A model generated the notes under the pieces. It did no database searches and had not been told where the DNA came from. It saw nothing but the letters and a program-made list of their open reading frames with translations. Positions 8,492 through 17,866 of a stretch of 26,257 nt of DNA are shown piece after piece. The DNA lies in the NCBI GenBank assembly GCA_040225955.1, contig JBECUL010000030.1:1-26257 (forward strand). Direction: 5' to 3'. How positions within the stretch are numbered: the first letter of the stretch is position 1; each line of letters begins with the position of its first letter. This stretch comes from Candidatus Asgardarchaeum abyssi (GTDB lineage: Archaea > Asgardarchaeota > Asgardarchaeia > Asgardarchaeales > Asgardarchaeaceae). The position numbers and the translations under genes were made by a program.

Positions 8492-10243
8492 ATGAGTTCA
8501 GAGAATTATGCTATAGAAATAAATAATTTGTCATTCAAGTATCCTCGTGGCGATGAATATGTTCTTAAGAATATAAACTTAAAGGTTAAAGAAGGCGAGT
8601 TTTTGCTCCTTATGGGGCCTTCAGGATGTGGAAAGACAACATTAGTGAACACAATTAATGGCATAATACCTCATGTAATTGAAGGTGTTCGAGAAGGTAG
8701 TGTACTTGTTTTTGGAAAAGATGTAAAAGAAACTCCTATTAAAAATATAAGTGAGACTGTTGGTACTGTGTTTCAGAATCCAGAAACACAATTTTTCACA
8801 ATGACCGTAGAAGAAGAACTAGCGTTTGGTCCAGAAAATCTTAATGTTCCACCAGAAGAGATTAAAGATCGCATCAGAGAAGCAATAGAATACGTTGGAA
8901 TTGAAGATTTACTGGATAAAGATATAATGAGCTTAAGTGGTGGCCAAAAGCAAAGGGTTGCTATTGCATCCATTCTTACGATGAAACCAAAAATTCTAAT
9001 ACTTGATGAGCCCACATCAGACCTAGATCCCGAGGGTGCTGCAGAGGTTCTTGCAACGGTTAAACGACTTAATGAGCGGTTGAATTCTACTATACTACTA
9101 ATTGAACATAGATTAGAGGAAGTTTCTAAACACGTTGATAGAGTAATAGTTATGAACGAAGGGAAAATAATAGCTCAAGGTACACCAAGAAAAGTGTTTA
9201 ATGATACAGAAATGTTAGAAAGTATAGGAATCCGTCCTCCTCAGTCAACACAAGTTGTTGTTGAGCTAAAAAAGAGAGGTTTTAGCATTCCCAACATCGC
9301 ACTAACTGTCGAAGAAGTAGTAATGGCGCTTCGCAATTTAATAAATAATAACTTAAAAACATCACCACTAAAGAAAATTGAGATAAAAGATAGAACTCAA
9401 TACAAAATAAAAGAAGAAAATGTACCGCAAATCGAAATAAAGAATCTATGGCACTTGTATCCAGATGGCACATTAGCTTTGCGGGGAATTAATTTAACGA
9501 TACATAAGGGTGAATTTATTGGTATTATTGGGCAAAATGGTGCTGGCAAATCAACGTTGGTATCTCATTTAATTGGATTACTCCATCCATCTCAAGGATA
9601 TGTTAAGCTATATGGAAGGGATGTAACAAAACTTCCTGTTTCTGAGATTGCAAGGTATATAGGCTTTATCTTTCAAGATCCTGATCTTATGCTGTTTCAA
9701 TCGACGGTCTGGGATGAAATTGCATTTGGTCCAAGGAATATGGGGTTGGACGAAGAAGAAGTCAGGAAGCGTGTAGAAGAATCAATTGATATGATGAGAC
9801 TAAAGGGATATGAAAAGAGGCATCCTCATGCTTTAAGTAGAGGTCAGAGACATAGGGTCGCAATAGCGAGTGTTTTATCTATGAGACCAGAGATTTTAAT
9901 AGCGGATGAACCAACTACAGGCCAAGACTACGGTGCTACTAAGAAATACTTAGAGCTTCTTAAACGATTAAATGAGGAAGGTAAAACTATTATTGTAATA
10001 AGTCATGATATGAAAACAATTGCAAAATATGTTGATAGAGTAATCGTTTTGAAAAAAGGAAGAATTTTACTAGATGGGCCAACTAGAAAAATATTTGAAA
10101 AGGTCGACCTTTTGGCATCCACTAATATAGATCCTCCGCAAGTCACTCAAATTTCTTTGAATCTAAAAGAGTTTGGAATACCTGTAGCTTTAACTGTTGA
10201 AGAGCTAGTCGATACAATTACAGAGCTTCTGAGAAGGGAATAA
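8492..10243 (+). CDS. ecfA: ECF transporter ATPase with two fused ABC domains (EcfA-A', YkoD-like)
   Basis: Domain 1: GPSGCGKT, FQNPETQ, LSGGQKQR, LDEPT, EH. Domain 2: GQNGAGKS, FQDPD, LSRGQRHR, ADEPT, SHD. Each has an ECF-type C-terminal PP motif. Confidence 0.92.
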   Translation: MSSENYAIEINNLSFKYPRGDEYVLKNINLKVKEGEFLLLMGPSGCGKTTLVNTINGIIPHVIEGVREGSVLVFGKDVKETPIKNISETVGTVFQNPETQFFTMTVEEELAFGPENLNVPPEEIKDRIREAIEYVGIEDLLDKDIMSLSGGQKQRVAIASILTMKPKILILDEPTSDLDPEGAAEVLATVKRLNERLNSTILLIEHRLEEVSKHVDRVIVMNEGKIIAQGTPRKVFNDTEMLESIGIRPPQSTQVVVELKKRGFSIPNIALTVEEVVMALRNLINNNLKTSPLKKIEIKDRTQYKIKEENVPQIEIKNLWHLYPDGTLALRGINLTIHKGEFIGIIGQNGAGKSTLVSHLIGLLHPSQGYVKLYGRDVTKLPVSEIARYIGFIFQDPDLMLFQSTVWDEIAFGPRNMGLDEEEVRKRVEESIDMMRLKGYEKRHPHALSRGQRHRVAIASVLSMRPEILIADEPTTGQDYGATKKYLELLKRLNEEGKTIIVISHDMKTIAKYVDRVIVLKKGRILLDGPTRKIFEKVDLLASTNIDPPQVTQISLNLKEFGIPVALTVEELVDTITELLRRE

Positions 10244-10292
10244 ATAAAAGGATATAAAGTAGATCTTCTTTTTTATTACTTTGAAACACAAT

Positions 10293-11546
10293 CTACTCTT
10301 CAGCAGTAGTTTCTTTTTTCTCAGAGTACCCTATTTTTTCAGCAATTCCTAGATCAAATGCATAGTCTATCCTAATTAGTACCATGAAAATGAAAGCTCC
10401 TATGCCGAATTCGAATAAGCTTGCAAGGAAATAACGTATTGCCGCTACACCCGCAGGTGGAATATCAAATTCTAAGTTTTCTGAAGCAAGCCCAGCTTCA
10501 GCACGTCCCCATCCTGGTACACCAATCCCTACCACTATTGTACCGAGTAGCGGATATTGGATTAATGCGACAATAACGTAGAAGATAGCTACTATTAGTG
10601 CATATTTCATGGCTCTGCTAGTATTTCCTCTGAATACATACATTCCTATTACTCCAGCTGCAAGTCCAAATATATCTAAGATTGGAATGAATAGTTCTAA
10701 CTTTGTTGGCGCTTTAATGAAACCTCCTTTAAGCCAACCAACTATGTTAAAGAACAATTTTTCATTATCGCCAAGAGAAACAAAAGCCTCACTTGTCCCT
10801 TGTTTATCACTAAACATCTTACTGCTTCCACATACAATAATCCTTGTATTTTCTAATTCTATAGCAACAAGCCATGGGATATATCCAACTTTATGTATAT
10901 TATCATTTGTGTCTTTAGCGTACGAGTCCTCATCGCTGGTTGCTACTATAATTGATGAATCATATACAATAAGACTAGGCGAGTTGATATAAACTGTTTC
11001 AATACCAGCGCTAATTATATGAGGCTGGAAATAATCTTTTGTAACAAGAACATTCCATGGACTTCCGTCGTTTGATGTGTCATCATATATTTCATCGCCA
11101 TTGTCATTAGTTCCATAAAATTCTACCTTATCAGCAACACCTATCGTTTGTAGGATAGTATTGAGATTATCTGGCTGCCCATAATGACGATCACCATACT
11201 GAACATCACCCATAATTAATAATTTACCACCATTGGAGACATATTCGGAAAGAGCATTTAATTCGTCCTCTGAGAAAGGACTTATTGGATTTGGTATGAC
11301 GAATATATCATAATCTTTAAGAATATCATAGGTTACATTTGCATCATTTGGGTCAACCATAATTCCTTGAGACTCTAAGTCGCTCTCCAGTTTTGTATAT
11401 TTTTCGAGACTGTAATATTGCCCATGGGAATTATCCCATAGAATTTTTATTTCCTCTTCTTGGGCGCTTATAGTTGCAATGAGTGTGGATTGAATGAGTA
11501 GGGCCGTGAAAAATAGAAGTATGATAATGGTTACTTTACGCATCAA
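10293..11546 (-). CDS. Secreted GIFT (GldG/IFT52-like, DUF4350, class I glutamine-amidotransferase-like fold) domain protein with about 3 C-terminal TM helices
   Basis: Signal peptide; ILWDNSHGQ; DIFVIPNPISPFSEDELNALSEYVSNGGKLLIMGD; RIIVCGSSKMFSD; DNEKLFFNIVGWL; followed by a TM bundle. Confidence 0.78.
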   Translation of the reverse strand: MMRKVTIIILLFFTALLIQSTLIATISAQEEEIKILWDNSHGQYYSLEKYTKLESDLESQGIMVDPNDANVTYDILKDYDIFVIPNPISPFSEDELNALSEYVSNGGKLLIMGDVQYGDRHYGQPDNLNTILQTIGVADKVEFYGTNDNGDEIYDDTSNDGSPWNVLVTKDYFQPHIISAGIETVYINSPSLIVYDSSIIVATSDEDSYAKDTNDNIHKVGYIPWLVAIELENTRIIVCGSSKMFSDKQGTSEAFVSLGDNEKLFFNIVGWLKGGFIKAPTKLELFIPILDIFGLAAGVIGMYVFRGNTSRAMKYALIVAIFYVIVALIQYPLLGTIVVGIGVPGWGRAEAGLASENLEFDIPPAGVAAIRYFLASLFEFGIGAFIFMVLIRIDYAFDLGIAEKIGYSEKKETTAEE

Positions 11547-11732
11547 TAATCCTCCTTAATCTTTACTGCAATGTTAATTATATTTGGAGTGTAGGGTCTT
11601 ATTATTTTTTTTATCGTGAAAATTAAATATAACATTCTATTTCTATAAAACTTTAATTCCTAATTTATATATTAAAAGACAAAATATAAATCCAATAAGA
11701 TAATCAACATAATAATAACTCTGTTTATAAGG

Positions 11733-13004
11733 GTGGCAGTAATGAATAAAACTCAGAAAAAACTTTTAGCATTTGTATTAATTTTAGCATTCCTCATGGG
11801 ACTAACTAATGCACTTACAGAAGTTTTAGTTTACGGAGCTGGTCAGGTAAGCGTTGAAATAAAAGCACCATCGAATGTTGGTAGTGGTGGTAGACCATAT
11901 GAAGATGGTGTAATGGTCGCTGGACGAAGATACGGATATGAGGTGACTATCTTTCTATCAAATGTCGGTGATGAAGCGTTAACTGATATAACTGTGTATG
12001 GAGATGCTGTTGGGACTCCAGAACCTGGTTCTGAATATACATTAAGCCCTAGATCTTCAGACACCCCTAAGATAATCTTCCCGAATGGTTCTGTGATCAA
12101 TGTAGAGTGGGATCTTAACAATGGACGGGCAATATTTGAAGTAGAAAAGATAGAACCAGGAGAAACTTATCAACTAAGATATTATGTTAATGTTCCAGAA
12201 AGTGTAGACAGAGATTATGAAGTAACCTTAAAGATAATTGTAATCATAGGTGAAACTCAACAAACCTTTGAAAAGAAAGTAGTGATAACACCACCTCCAA
12301 TGTGGCGAGAGTATCTTGTCATTGGATTAACATTAGTAGCATTTGTTGGATTAATATTAATGGGTAAATTTGGCTTCTTTAATCTATACTCCAACGTGGA
12401 CTTGGTTACAATCAGTATGTTAGCTGCAGCGCAGGTTGTATGGGTACAAATAATTGGTAGACAATTCGTATTTCCAGTACTAGATAGAATTCCAATGACG
12501 TATAACTTCGCGGTAGGAGACTTTCCATATATACTATTATTAATCACCTCAGCAATGCTTGTCAGAAAACCTGGTACTGTGAGCCTTACATTATTCGTAT
12601 ATAACATTGTTTCTGAAATTGGATGGTACGGCCTTAATCCACTATGGTGGCCATATCCATTTGCTCAAGGATTAGCTGCAGATTTGTACATGCTACTAAG
12701 AGGAAGAGCTATTTTCACAGAAAGAGTTGCATTCTTTAAGCTAAAGATAACTCCTGAAGAATTAGAGAAGCTTCCTACGATACACTATCTTGATCTTGTA
12801 GATGGTTTCATTATAGGATTCCTTAGAGGTCTATTTATGCAATTGTCATTATACTTAGTGTTCTATCCAAATCTGTTTCACCTATACTATGCATGGGGAT
12901 ATGCTTTCTACTGGGTTACGATACCATGGGCATTTGGAAACGGAATAGAAGGAGCTATATCGGTTAAAATAGCAGCAAAAATAGAAGAAGCTCTGCAATA
13001 CTAA
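11733..13004 (+). CDS. ECF S-component (YkoE-like) fused to an N-terminal extracellular Ig-like domain
   Basis: The C-terminal half has DLVTISMLAAA, MLVRKPG and FAQGLAADL patterns and about 6 TM helices, as in YkoE-type S components. The N-terminus has a signal/TM segment and a beta-rich domain (YEVTIFLSNVGD...IEPGETYQLRYYVNVP). Confidence 0.72.
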   Translation: MAVMNKTQKKLLAFVLILAFLMGLTNALTEVLVYGAGQVSVEIKAPSNVGSGGRPYEDGVMVAGRRYGYEVTIFLSNVGDEALTDITVYGDAVGTPEPGSEYTLSPRSSDTPKIIFPNGSVINVEWDLNNGRAIFEVEKIEPGETYQLRYYVNVPESVDRDYEVTLKIIVIIGETQQTFEKKVVITPPPMWREYLVIGLTLVAFVGLILMGKFGFFNLYSNVDLVTISMLAAAQVVWVQIIGRQFVFPVLDRIPMTYNFAVGDFPYILLLITSAMLVRKPGTVSLTLFVYNIVSEIGWYGLNPLWWPYPFAQGLAADLYMLLRGRAIFTERVAFFKLKITPEELEKLPTIHYLDLVDGFIIGFLRGLFMQLSLYLVFYPNLFHLYYAWGYAFYWVTIPWAFGNGIEGAISVKIAAKIEEALQY

Positions 13005-13121
13005 AACAATAATGCTCATTTTTTATTTTCTATTGCACTATTTTTTAATTATTAGTATCGCTATTCTTAATGTTAATCAGAGACTATTAATATTGTTAAT
13101 AAAAAGAAATCTTCCCTATTG

Positions 13122-14381
13122 TTAATTATTTCTTTTTATATAATCGGTTACAGTGGTCTGATACTTCAACATATCTATAAGATAAGAACTCTTAATCCAC
13201 AAATTTATTGGTGTTCTTAATCTTGATTGGACATCCTCTATTGCTTCACTAAGTGAAGGAAATTTCTTAGGTGGTCTTTTTAAGGCTGTTCTTACGTTTT
13301 CTCTTATTTGCCAGTTTCCCACTGGAGCAAAATATTCTGGACGAATTTCCCTTACAACTATAACTGCAGCTTGTCTTCTAATTCTATTTAAGTACTCAAA
13401 TACACCCAATCTGATGGCATAATATCCTCCATCTTCATCACTTACACGTCCATCTGCTAGTTCATAAACATAATAAATCTCTGGCTTTTCTGTTGGAACC
13501 CATATTGTTTGAGGCATCCAAATCTCAATCATTTCTAGAGCTAGTGAATGTGGATACATAATTATTTCATAGTGGTTGCCAAGATATTCATTATGAAAAA
13601 CAAGAATATCGCTCACTAAATCATAAGTTATGATAGTTTTTCTCATTTTTTCTGATAACATTTTATCAACAGCTGTTATTGACCAGCGAGTTGGAACCAA
13701 TTTTCTTCTATTTCTATATCCAAATACGCCTACACTTAGCATTCTTATTAAGGAATATATACTGATATTTGAGGAGTATAATTCCCATATTGCATCAACA
13801 GTTTTTATATCTTTATCTTCAATAATCTGATCTACTTTCCTTGGAATTACAGGATTCGATGCTAAGTCTAATTTATTTACTTGTCCTTCTACTCCAATAG
13901 GTGTAACAATACCATCAAAAGTTAAACGGTAAAGAGGAGGTTTTCGTAACTTAACTTCAACATCTGTTGGTTTTATAGACATCGATAGCTCCTGCAATTT
14001 TTCAAGTAATTTTTCTTGAAAGCGAGATGGTGTTTTTATATGCATATTAGCTTTAGAATAAAGAAGAGAGGCTCTGAATTTAATTATATCGAGAAGAGAA
14101 GTTCGTTTTTTAATCCAATCTTTAGGAGAATCGAAAAGCCTTGCAGGCTCTCCAGTTTCTGGAGGCACCAAACCACCTATATTTATTCTTGGGTATCCCC
14201 ACTCTCCAACAAAAACACCAGGAGGTGATGATCCAAAAAATTCAGTTTTTCTCCCAATCTTCTGAGAAACTTCCCTTAGAGATCGAATTCTAAGCAGAAT
14301 AGGACATACGGGCCTTCCACAAAGATGTCTAGATCCCTTACATAAAGTACAAATATTCTTACCTACGCTTTTTAAGATCAT
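13122..14381 (-). CDS. nreA: Nre-family archaeal DNA repair protein (DUF650/DUF651)
   Basis: N-terminal CTLCKG..LCGRPVCPIL, GSSPPGVFVGEWGYP, LVPTRWSITAVD, GGYYA, PVGNWQIRENVR, and a C-terminal PIP-like QTTVTDYI. Confidence 0.92.
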   Translation of the reverse strand: MILKSVGKNICTLCKGSRHLCGRPVCPILLRIRSLREVSQKIGRKTEFFGSSPPGVFVGEWGYPRINIGGLVPPETGEPARLFDSPKDWIKKRTSLLDIIKFRASLLYSKANMHIKTPSRFQEKLLEKLQELSMSIKPTDVEVKLRKPPLYRLTFDGIVTPIGVEGQVNKLDLASNPVIPRKVDQIIEDKDIKTVDAIWELYSSNISIYSLIRMLSVGVFGYRNRRKLVPTRWSITAVDKMLSEKMRKTIITYDLVSDILVFHNEYLGNHYEIIMYPHSLALEMIEIWMPQTIWVPTEKPEIYYVYELADGRVSDEDGGYYAIRLGVFEYLNRIRRQAAVIVVREIRPEYFAPVGNWQIRENVRTALKRPPKKFPSLSEAIEDVQSRLRTPINLWIKSSYLIDMLKYQTTVTDYIKRNN

Positions 14382-14446
14382 CCCTAATACAGTATGCTCT
14401 TTTGCATTTTAATATTTTAGCATATAAAAATAAATTGTGTTTTTAT

Positions 14447-15874
14447 TTATGTTTGTTCTTTTTCTCTAATTTCTTTAATTCTTCTTTTTACTCTCTTATG
14501 CTCCATAATTGCAATTAGCAACATTATCACACCAACAGTATATCCGAGATAGTTTAATGTGAAGTATAAGACATATTGGAAAATCAGATAGTTCCCCACT
14601 TCGTGAAGTTTTTCAACTCGCAGTGACTTAAGATCTAAAGATGAATTTCTTATCTGATTTACTATTGTCTCATTAAATGCATCATAGATTGCAACTCCTT
14701 GCATATGGTCGTATTCCTCTTCAGGAATTCCTAGCGTGAATAGAATAGTTGCTGCAATGTCTACAATTCTTGCTGCTTTGACATGATGCCCCTTATTTAA
14801 AACTGGGCTCCATAGGAATAGAGGAATATCTATTACAAGTGATGGGAGAATATGATGGTGCCTTCGCTCAAACATTCCATGGTCCGCAATTACAATTATT
14901 AATGAGTCGTTAAGAATACCCATCTCATCTAATTTTTCAAAAAGTCTACTTACTTGTAAGTCATTAAGTTTCATAGCTTCTCTGTATTGGGGACTGTCGT
15001 GCCCAAATTGATGACCAACCTCATCAGTATCTGGAAGATGAACGTACATAATATTTGGCACGTCATCATCTAAATGGGCCAAAGCTTTATCCATGGCATC
15101 CTTTGACCCAGTATATGTAGTTACTCTTTCTATATAGCCTTGTGGGGCATCATCGCCTAACATTGACATAAAATTTCCACCAACTATAAATGACTTATAA
15201 TCATACTTTGCAGCTATTTCAAAGACGTCTGGGACATCTAAGTCTATCACGTAGTTCTCGAAAACTCCATGAACTTCGGGATACACACCTGTAAACATTG
15301 ACGTATGAGCGGGATATGTTACTGGAGGATCTACTGTGACAGCATGATCTACAATAACGCCTTCGGATGATATGTTTTTTATAAACGTTACTGTGTCCCA
15401 AAATACATCTGCTCTTGCACCATCAAATGTTAATACGAAAATATGATGAACTAACGGTTCTGCTACCTCTTTTTCTGATTTAATATTAGTTTTAGTTGCT
15501 GATCCACCTGCATAGGGTTGAGTAAAGAGAAAAGCTATTAATATAAATATTACAATTCCCGTTTTGATTACCCTTCCCTTTTTCATTTTGTTAAGTATCG
15601 TTTTTTCTTTACTTTTAATAAAAACTATGAATCCAAAGGCGAAGATTATTATTCCTGGCACTATAAATATAGTCCATTCCCTTAGTAGATATGTAAGATT
15701 GCTGTAACTTACATGAATCGCCACTACACTATCTTCTAGTGCATTTATATCATCTGTACTGAGCAACATAAAAGGATAAATTACTGCAATTATCCATATA
15801 ACAATAATCAATAAAAGAACTATTTTTGTAATCTTACTTTTTAGTAGCTTGCTTATGATACTCAAGAGTAGCAC
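14447..15874 (-). CDS. Multi-pass membrane alkaline-phosphatase-superfamily hydrolase (NPP/phosphodiesterase-like)
   Basis: Three N-terminal TMs; TFDG; PPVTYPAH...TGVYPEVHGVFEN; DTDEVGH; ADHG; HHH; C-terminal TM with a basic tail. Confidence 0.88.
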   Translation of the reverse strand: MLLLSIISKLLKSKITKIVLLLIIVIWIIAVIYPFMLLSTDDINALEDSVVAIHVSYSNLTYLLREWTIFIVPGIIIFAFGFIVFIKSKEKTILNKMKKGRVIKTGIVIFILIAFLFTQPYAGGSATKTNIKSEKEVAEPLVHHIFVLTFDGARADVFWDTVTFIKNISSEGVIVDHAVTVDPPVTYPAHTSMFTGVYPEVHGVFENYVIDLDVPDVFEIAAKYDYKSFIVGGNFMSMLGDDAPQGYIERVTTYTGSKDAMDKALAHLDDDVPNIMYVHLPDTDEVGHQFGHDSPQYREAMKLNDLQVSRLFEKLDEMGILNDSLIIVIADHGMFERRHHHILPSLVIDIPLFLWSPVLNKGHHVKAARIVDIAATILFTLGIPEEEYDHMQGVAIYDAFNETIVNQIRNSSLDLKSLRVEKLHEVGNYLIFQYVLYFTLNYLGYTVGVIMLLIAIMEHKRVKRRIKEIREKEQT

Positions 15875-16016
15875 CTCTACTGACTTATATTGTAGTGAAT
15901 AACAAGTCTTAAAGGCTTAGTAACATCATTAAGAAGACTATACCTTTATCCATAATGATTTTACCATATAAATAAACTTAACGTTATATACAAACAAATT
16001 AAAAATGTAACCTTTT

Positions 16017-16544
16017 TCATAGTTTTTCAGCGCTTCTTAGTGCTTCCTTTATTCTAAGTTGGATGACTGGGTTTTCTTCAATTTTTTGTCTTTCCTTAAG
16101 TGTTTGTATAAACTTTTCTTTCAACTCTGGTCTTACTTTCAATACGTTTTGGATGAATGTAATGGCGTCATGCCTATGCTGCACATTCTTTGAATTTATA
16201 TAATCAAACATTTTATCTGCAAGTTTTGATACAGCCTCTGGTGTATATTTTGATAACTTTAATAAAACTATCAAGGCAGAGTTTCTAACTACTGTTATTT
16301 TATCATTCTCAAATAGTTCAAAAAGCTTATCTGCAATCCCTGAAAGTTTTTCTGGTTTTCGTAGACTTATCAAATCCAAAACTTTGGTGGCTGACCATCG
16401 ATACCTGAAATCCTTTTCATCTAATAATTTAATTATATCATTTAAAAGCTCATCGTTCTCTATAGCTTCACTTGAAAGTTTCCGATATATAGGTGTAACG
16501 TCTTCCATCGAAAGAAGTTCTTTTTTTATAGATTCATCTAACAC
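16017..16544 (-). CDS. HEAT/ARM-repeat protein (start refined to GTG at 16544)
   Basis: Helical repeats LLDEKDFRYRWSATKVL, FENDKITVVRNSALIVL, INSKNVQHRHDAI and EENPVIQLRIKEAL. GGTGA SD 5 nt before the GTG. Confidence 0.75.
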   Translation of the reverse strand: MLDESIKKELLSMEDVTPIYRKLSSEAIENDELLNDIIKLLDEKDFRYRWSATKVLDLISLRKPEKLSGIADKLFELFENDKITVVRNSALIVLLKLSKYTPEAVSKLADKMFDYINSKNVQHRHDAITFIQNVLKVRPELKEKFIQTLKERQKIEENPVIQLRIKEALRSAEKL

Positions 16545-16644
16545 TATGATCACCATAAAGTGGATTATTATTACCAACTTAAAAATGAGGTGTGTTAATA
16601 CTTTTAATAAGATTTTCCATAACTTTCAGAATATGAAAAAGATA

Positions 16645-17328
16645 TTATTTGACTCTCTCTATGCTGAAATCTATCTTATCTTTCTCTTCTATAATTATAT
16701 TAGCATAAAATCCTCGGGATGCTGGCCCCGGATTTATTATGAGGGTTCTTCCTATATAGTCGTATCCTTGCGCCTCGTGAATGTGTCCATGAGTCGACAA
16801 AAGCGGCTGATACTCCTCAATTATTCTCTTAACAGATTTACTACCAACATGTTGATGCATAAAAGTAATATCTAATTTAGTACCGTAGGGTGGTACATGC
16901 GTTACTAAAATAAGCTTCTTGTCACGATAATCACTAGCATCTATACTACTTTTTAAACGATCATATATTTCATTCTCATTAAATTCAATCAATGTATTAA
17001 ATGGTGTTATATTTGATCCTCCAAAACCTACTATAACAAAATTATTCATCTCTACGTTTTTCTCATGAATATTTCTACATGTTCGAATGATATCCACATT
17101 TAAAAGTTCCCTTGGATCACAATTACCAGGAATGAAAAAGGTTGGTATATCTTCGAATGAGAGATACTTTAGTATTGCTGAAACTTGATTAATGCTTCCA
17201 AAATGTACAATATCTCCAATTATTATTACAACATCAGGTTTAGTTTTCAAAATATTTCTTCTCTGCTTTACAACTGCTGTAAAATATCCATGAATATCCG
17301 TTATAGCATAGATCCGCACCGCTCTCAC
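16645..17328 (-). CDS. Calcineurin-like metallophosphoesterase (Icc-related)
   Basis: TDIHG, GDI, PGNCD, THVPP, HGHIHE and NPG motifs. Confidence 0.92.
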   Translation of the reverse strand: MRAVRIYAITDIHGYFTAVVKQRRNILKTKPDVVIIIGDIVHFGSINQVSAILKYLSFEDIPTFFIPGNCDPRELLNVDIIRTCRNIHEKNVEMNNFVIVGFGGSNITPFNTLIEFNENEIYDRLKSSIDASDYRDKKLILVTHVPPYGTKLDITFMHQHVGSKSVKRIIEEYQPLLSTHGHIHEAQGYDYIGRTLIINPGPASRGFYANIIIEEKDKIDFSIERVK

Positions 17329-17443
17329 CTAATTAATTCTGTAGAAATAAAGTATATGCTATGTATGTTATGAAGTATTTATGTATTTATCTTATTTATT
17401 ATATTGTAAAACTTTATTAGAACCTTATTACAAATTATTTTTC

Positions 17444-17758
17444 ATGTCTGAGGAAAAAAGACGTATAAGCTGGCATGATGTGGAAGTCCATGTTCTTAGA
17501 CGAGCAGGTAGATGGATTACTGGTGTCTTAGTGCAAGAAAGTGATGATGGTAAACGTAGAGCAAAGTTATTCAAAGCTATTATAAAAGATGATGGGAGTA
17601 AGACAATAACATGGAAGGGACAAACCTTTAAAGTTTCTATGATACAAAGAATAAATATCCCATCTTATGATTACTGGGAAAAGCTGGTTAAACGTACTAC
17701 AATTATATTAAAGAAAGTTTTTGGAGTGAAGCGTGGCACATTAGAGGAATTTACTTAA
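17444..17758 (+). CDS. Small basic hypothetical protein, possibly a PC4-like nucleic-acid-binding fold (start refined to ATG at 17444)
   Basis: Lys/Arg-rich beta-strand series followed by a C-terminal helix (YWEKLVKR). The upstream part of the ORF-track call looks like AT-rich intergenic sequence. Confidence 0.65.
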   Translation: MSEEKRRISWHDVEVHVLRRAGRWITGVLVQESDDGKRRAKLFKAIIKDDGSKTITWKGQTFKVSMIQRINIPSYDYWEKLVKRTTIILKKVFGVKRGTLEEFT

Positions 17759-17825
17759 TTTAAATTCAAATTACTAATTAGTTCATGTATAAGTAAATAT
17801 TTTCAGATTCTTTTTTTGGTGGAGC

Positions 17826-17866
17826 AAAAGCGGTTATATAGTATGAATTCTAAAAATATTTTTTAG
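17826..17866 (+). promoter_or_regulatory. Putative fprA promoter (BRE/TATA) with a downstream palindrome
   Basis: AAAAGCGG-TTATATAG followed by CTAAAAA-TAT-TTTTTAG (17850-17866). Confidence 0.4.

Noticed and set aside
8387-11624. GTGAAAATT shared by both divergent intergenic regions (8387-8395 and 11616-11624)
   Set aside because: Short, AT-rich, non-palindromic and absent upstream of ecfT; insufficient to call a regulon motif.
16017-17328. HEAT-repeat protein next to a metallophosphoesterase as a PP2A-like pair
   Set aside because: The enzyme has GDIVHFG and GNCD rather than the PPP motifs GDxVDRG and GNHE; it is the common Icc-like archaeal family, and adjacency alone is weak evidence.
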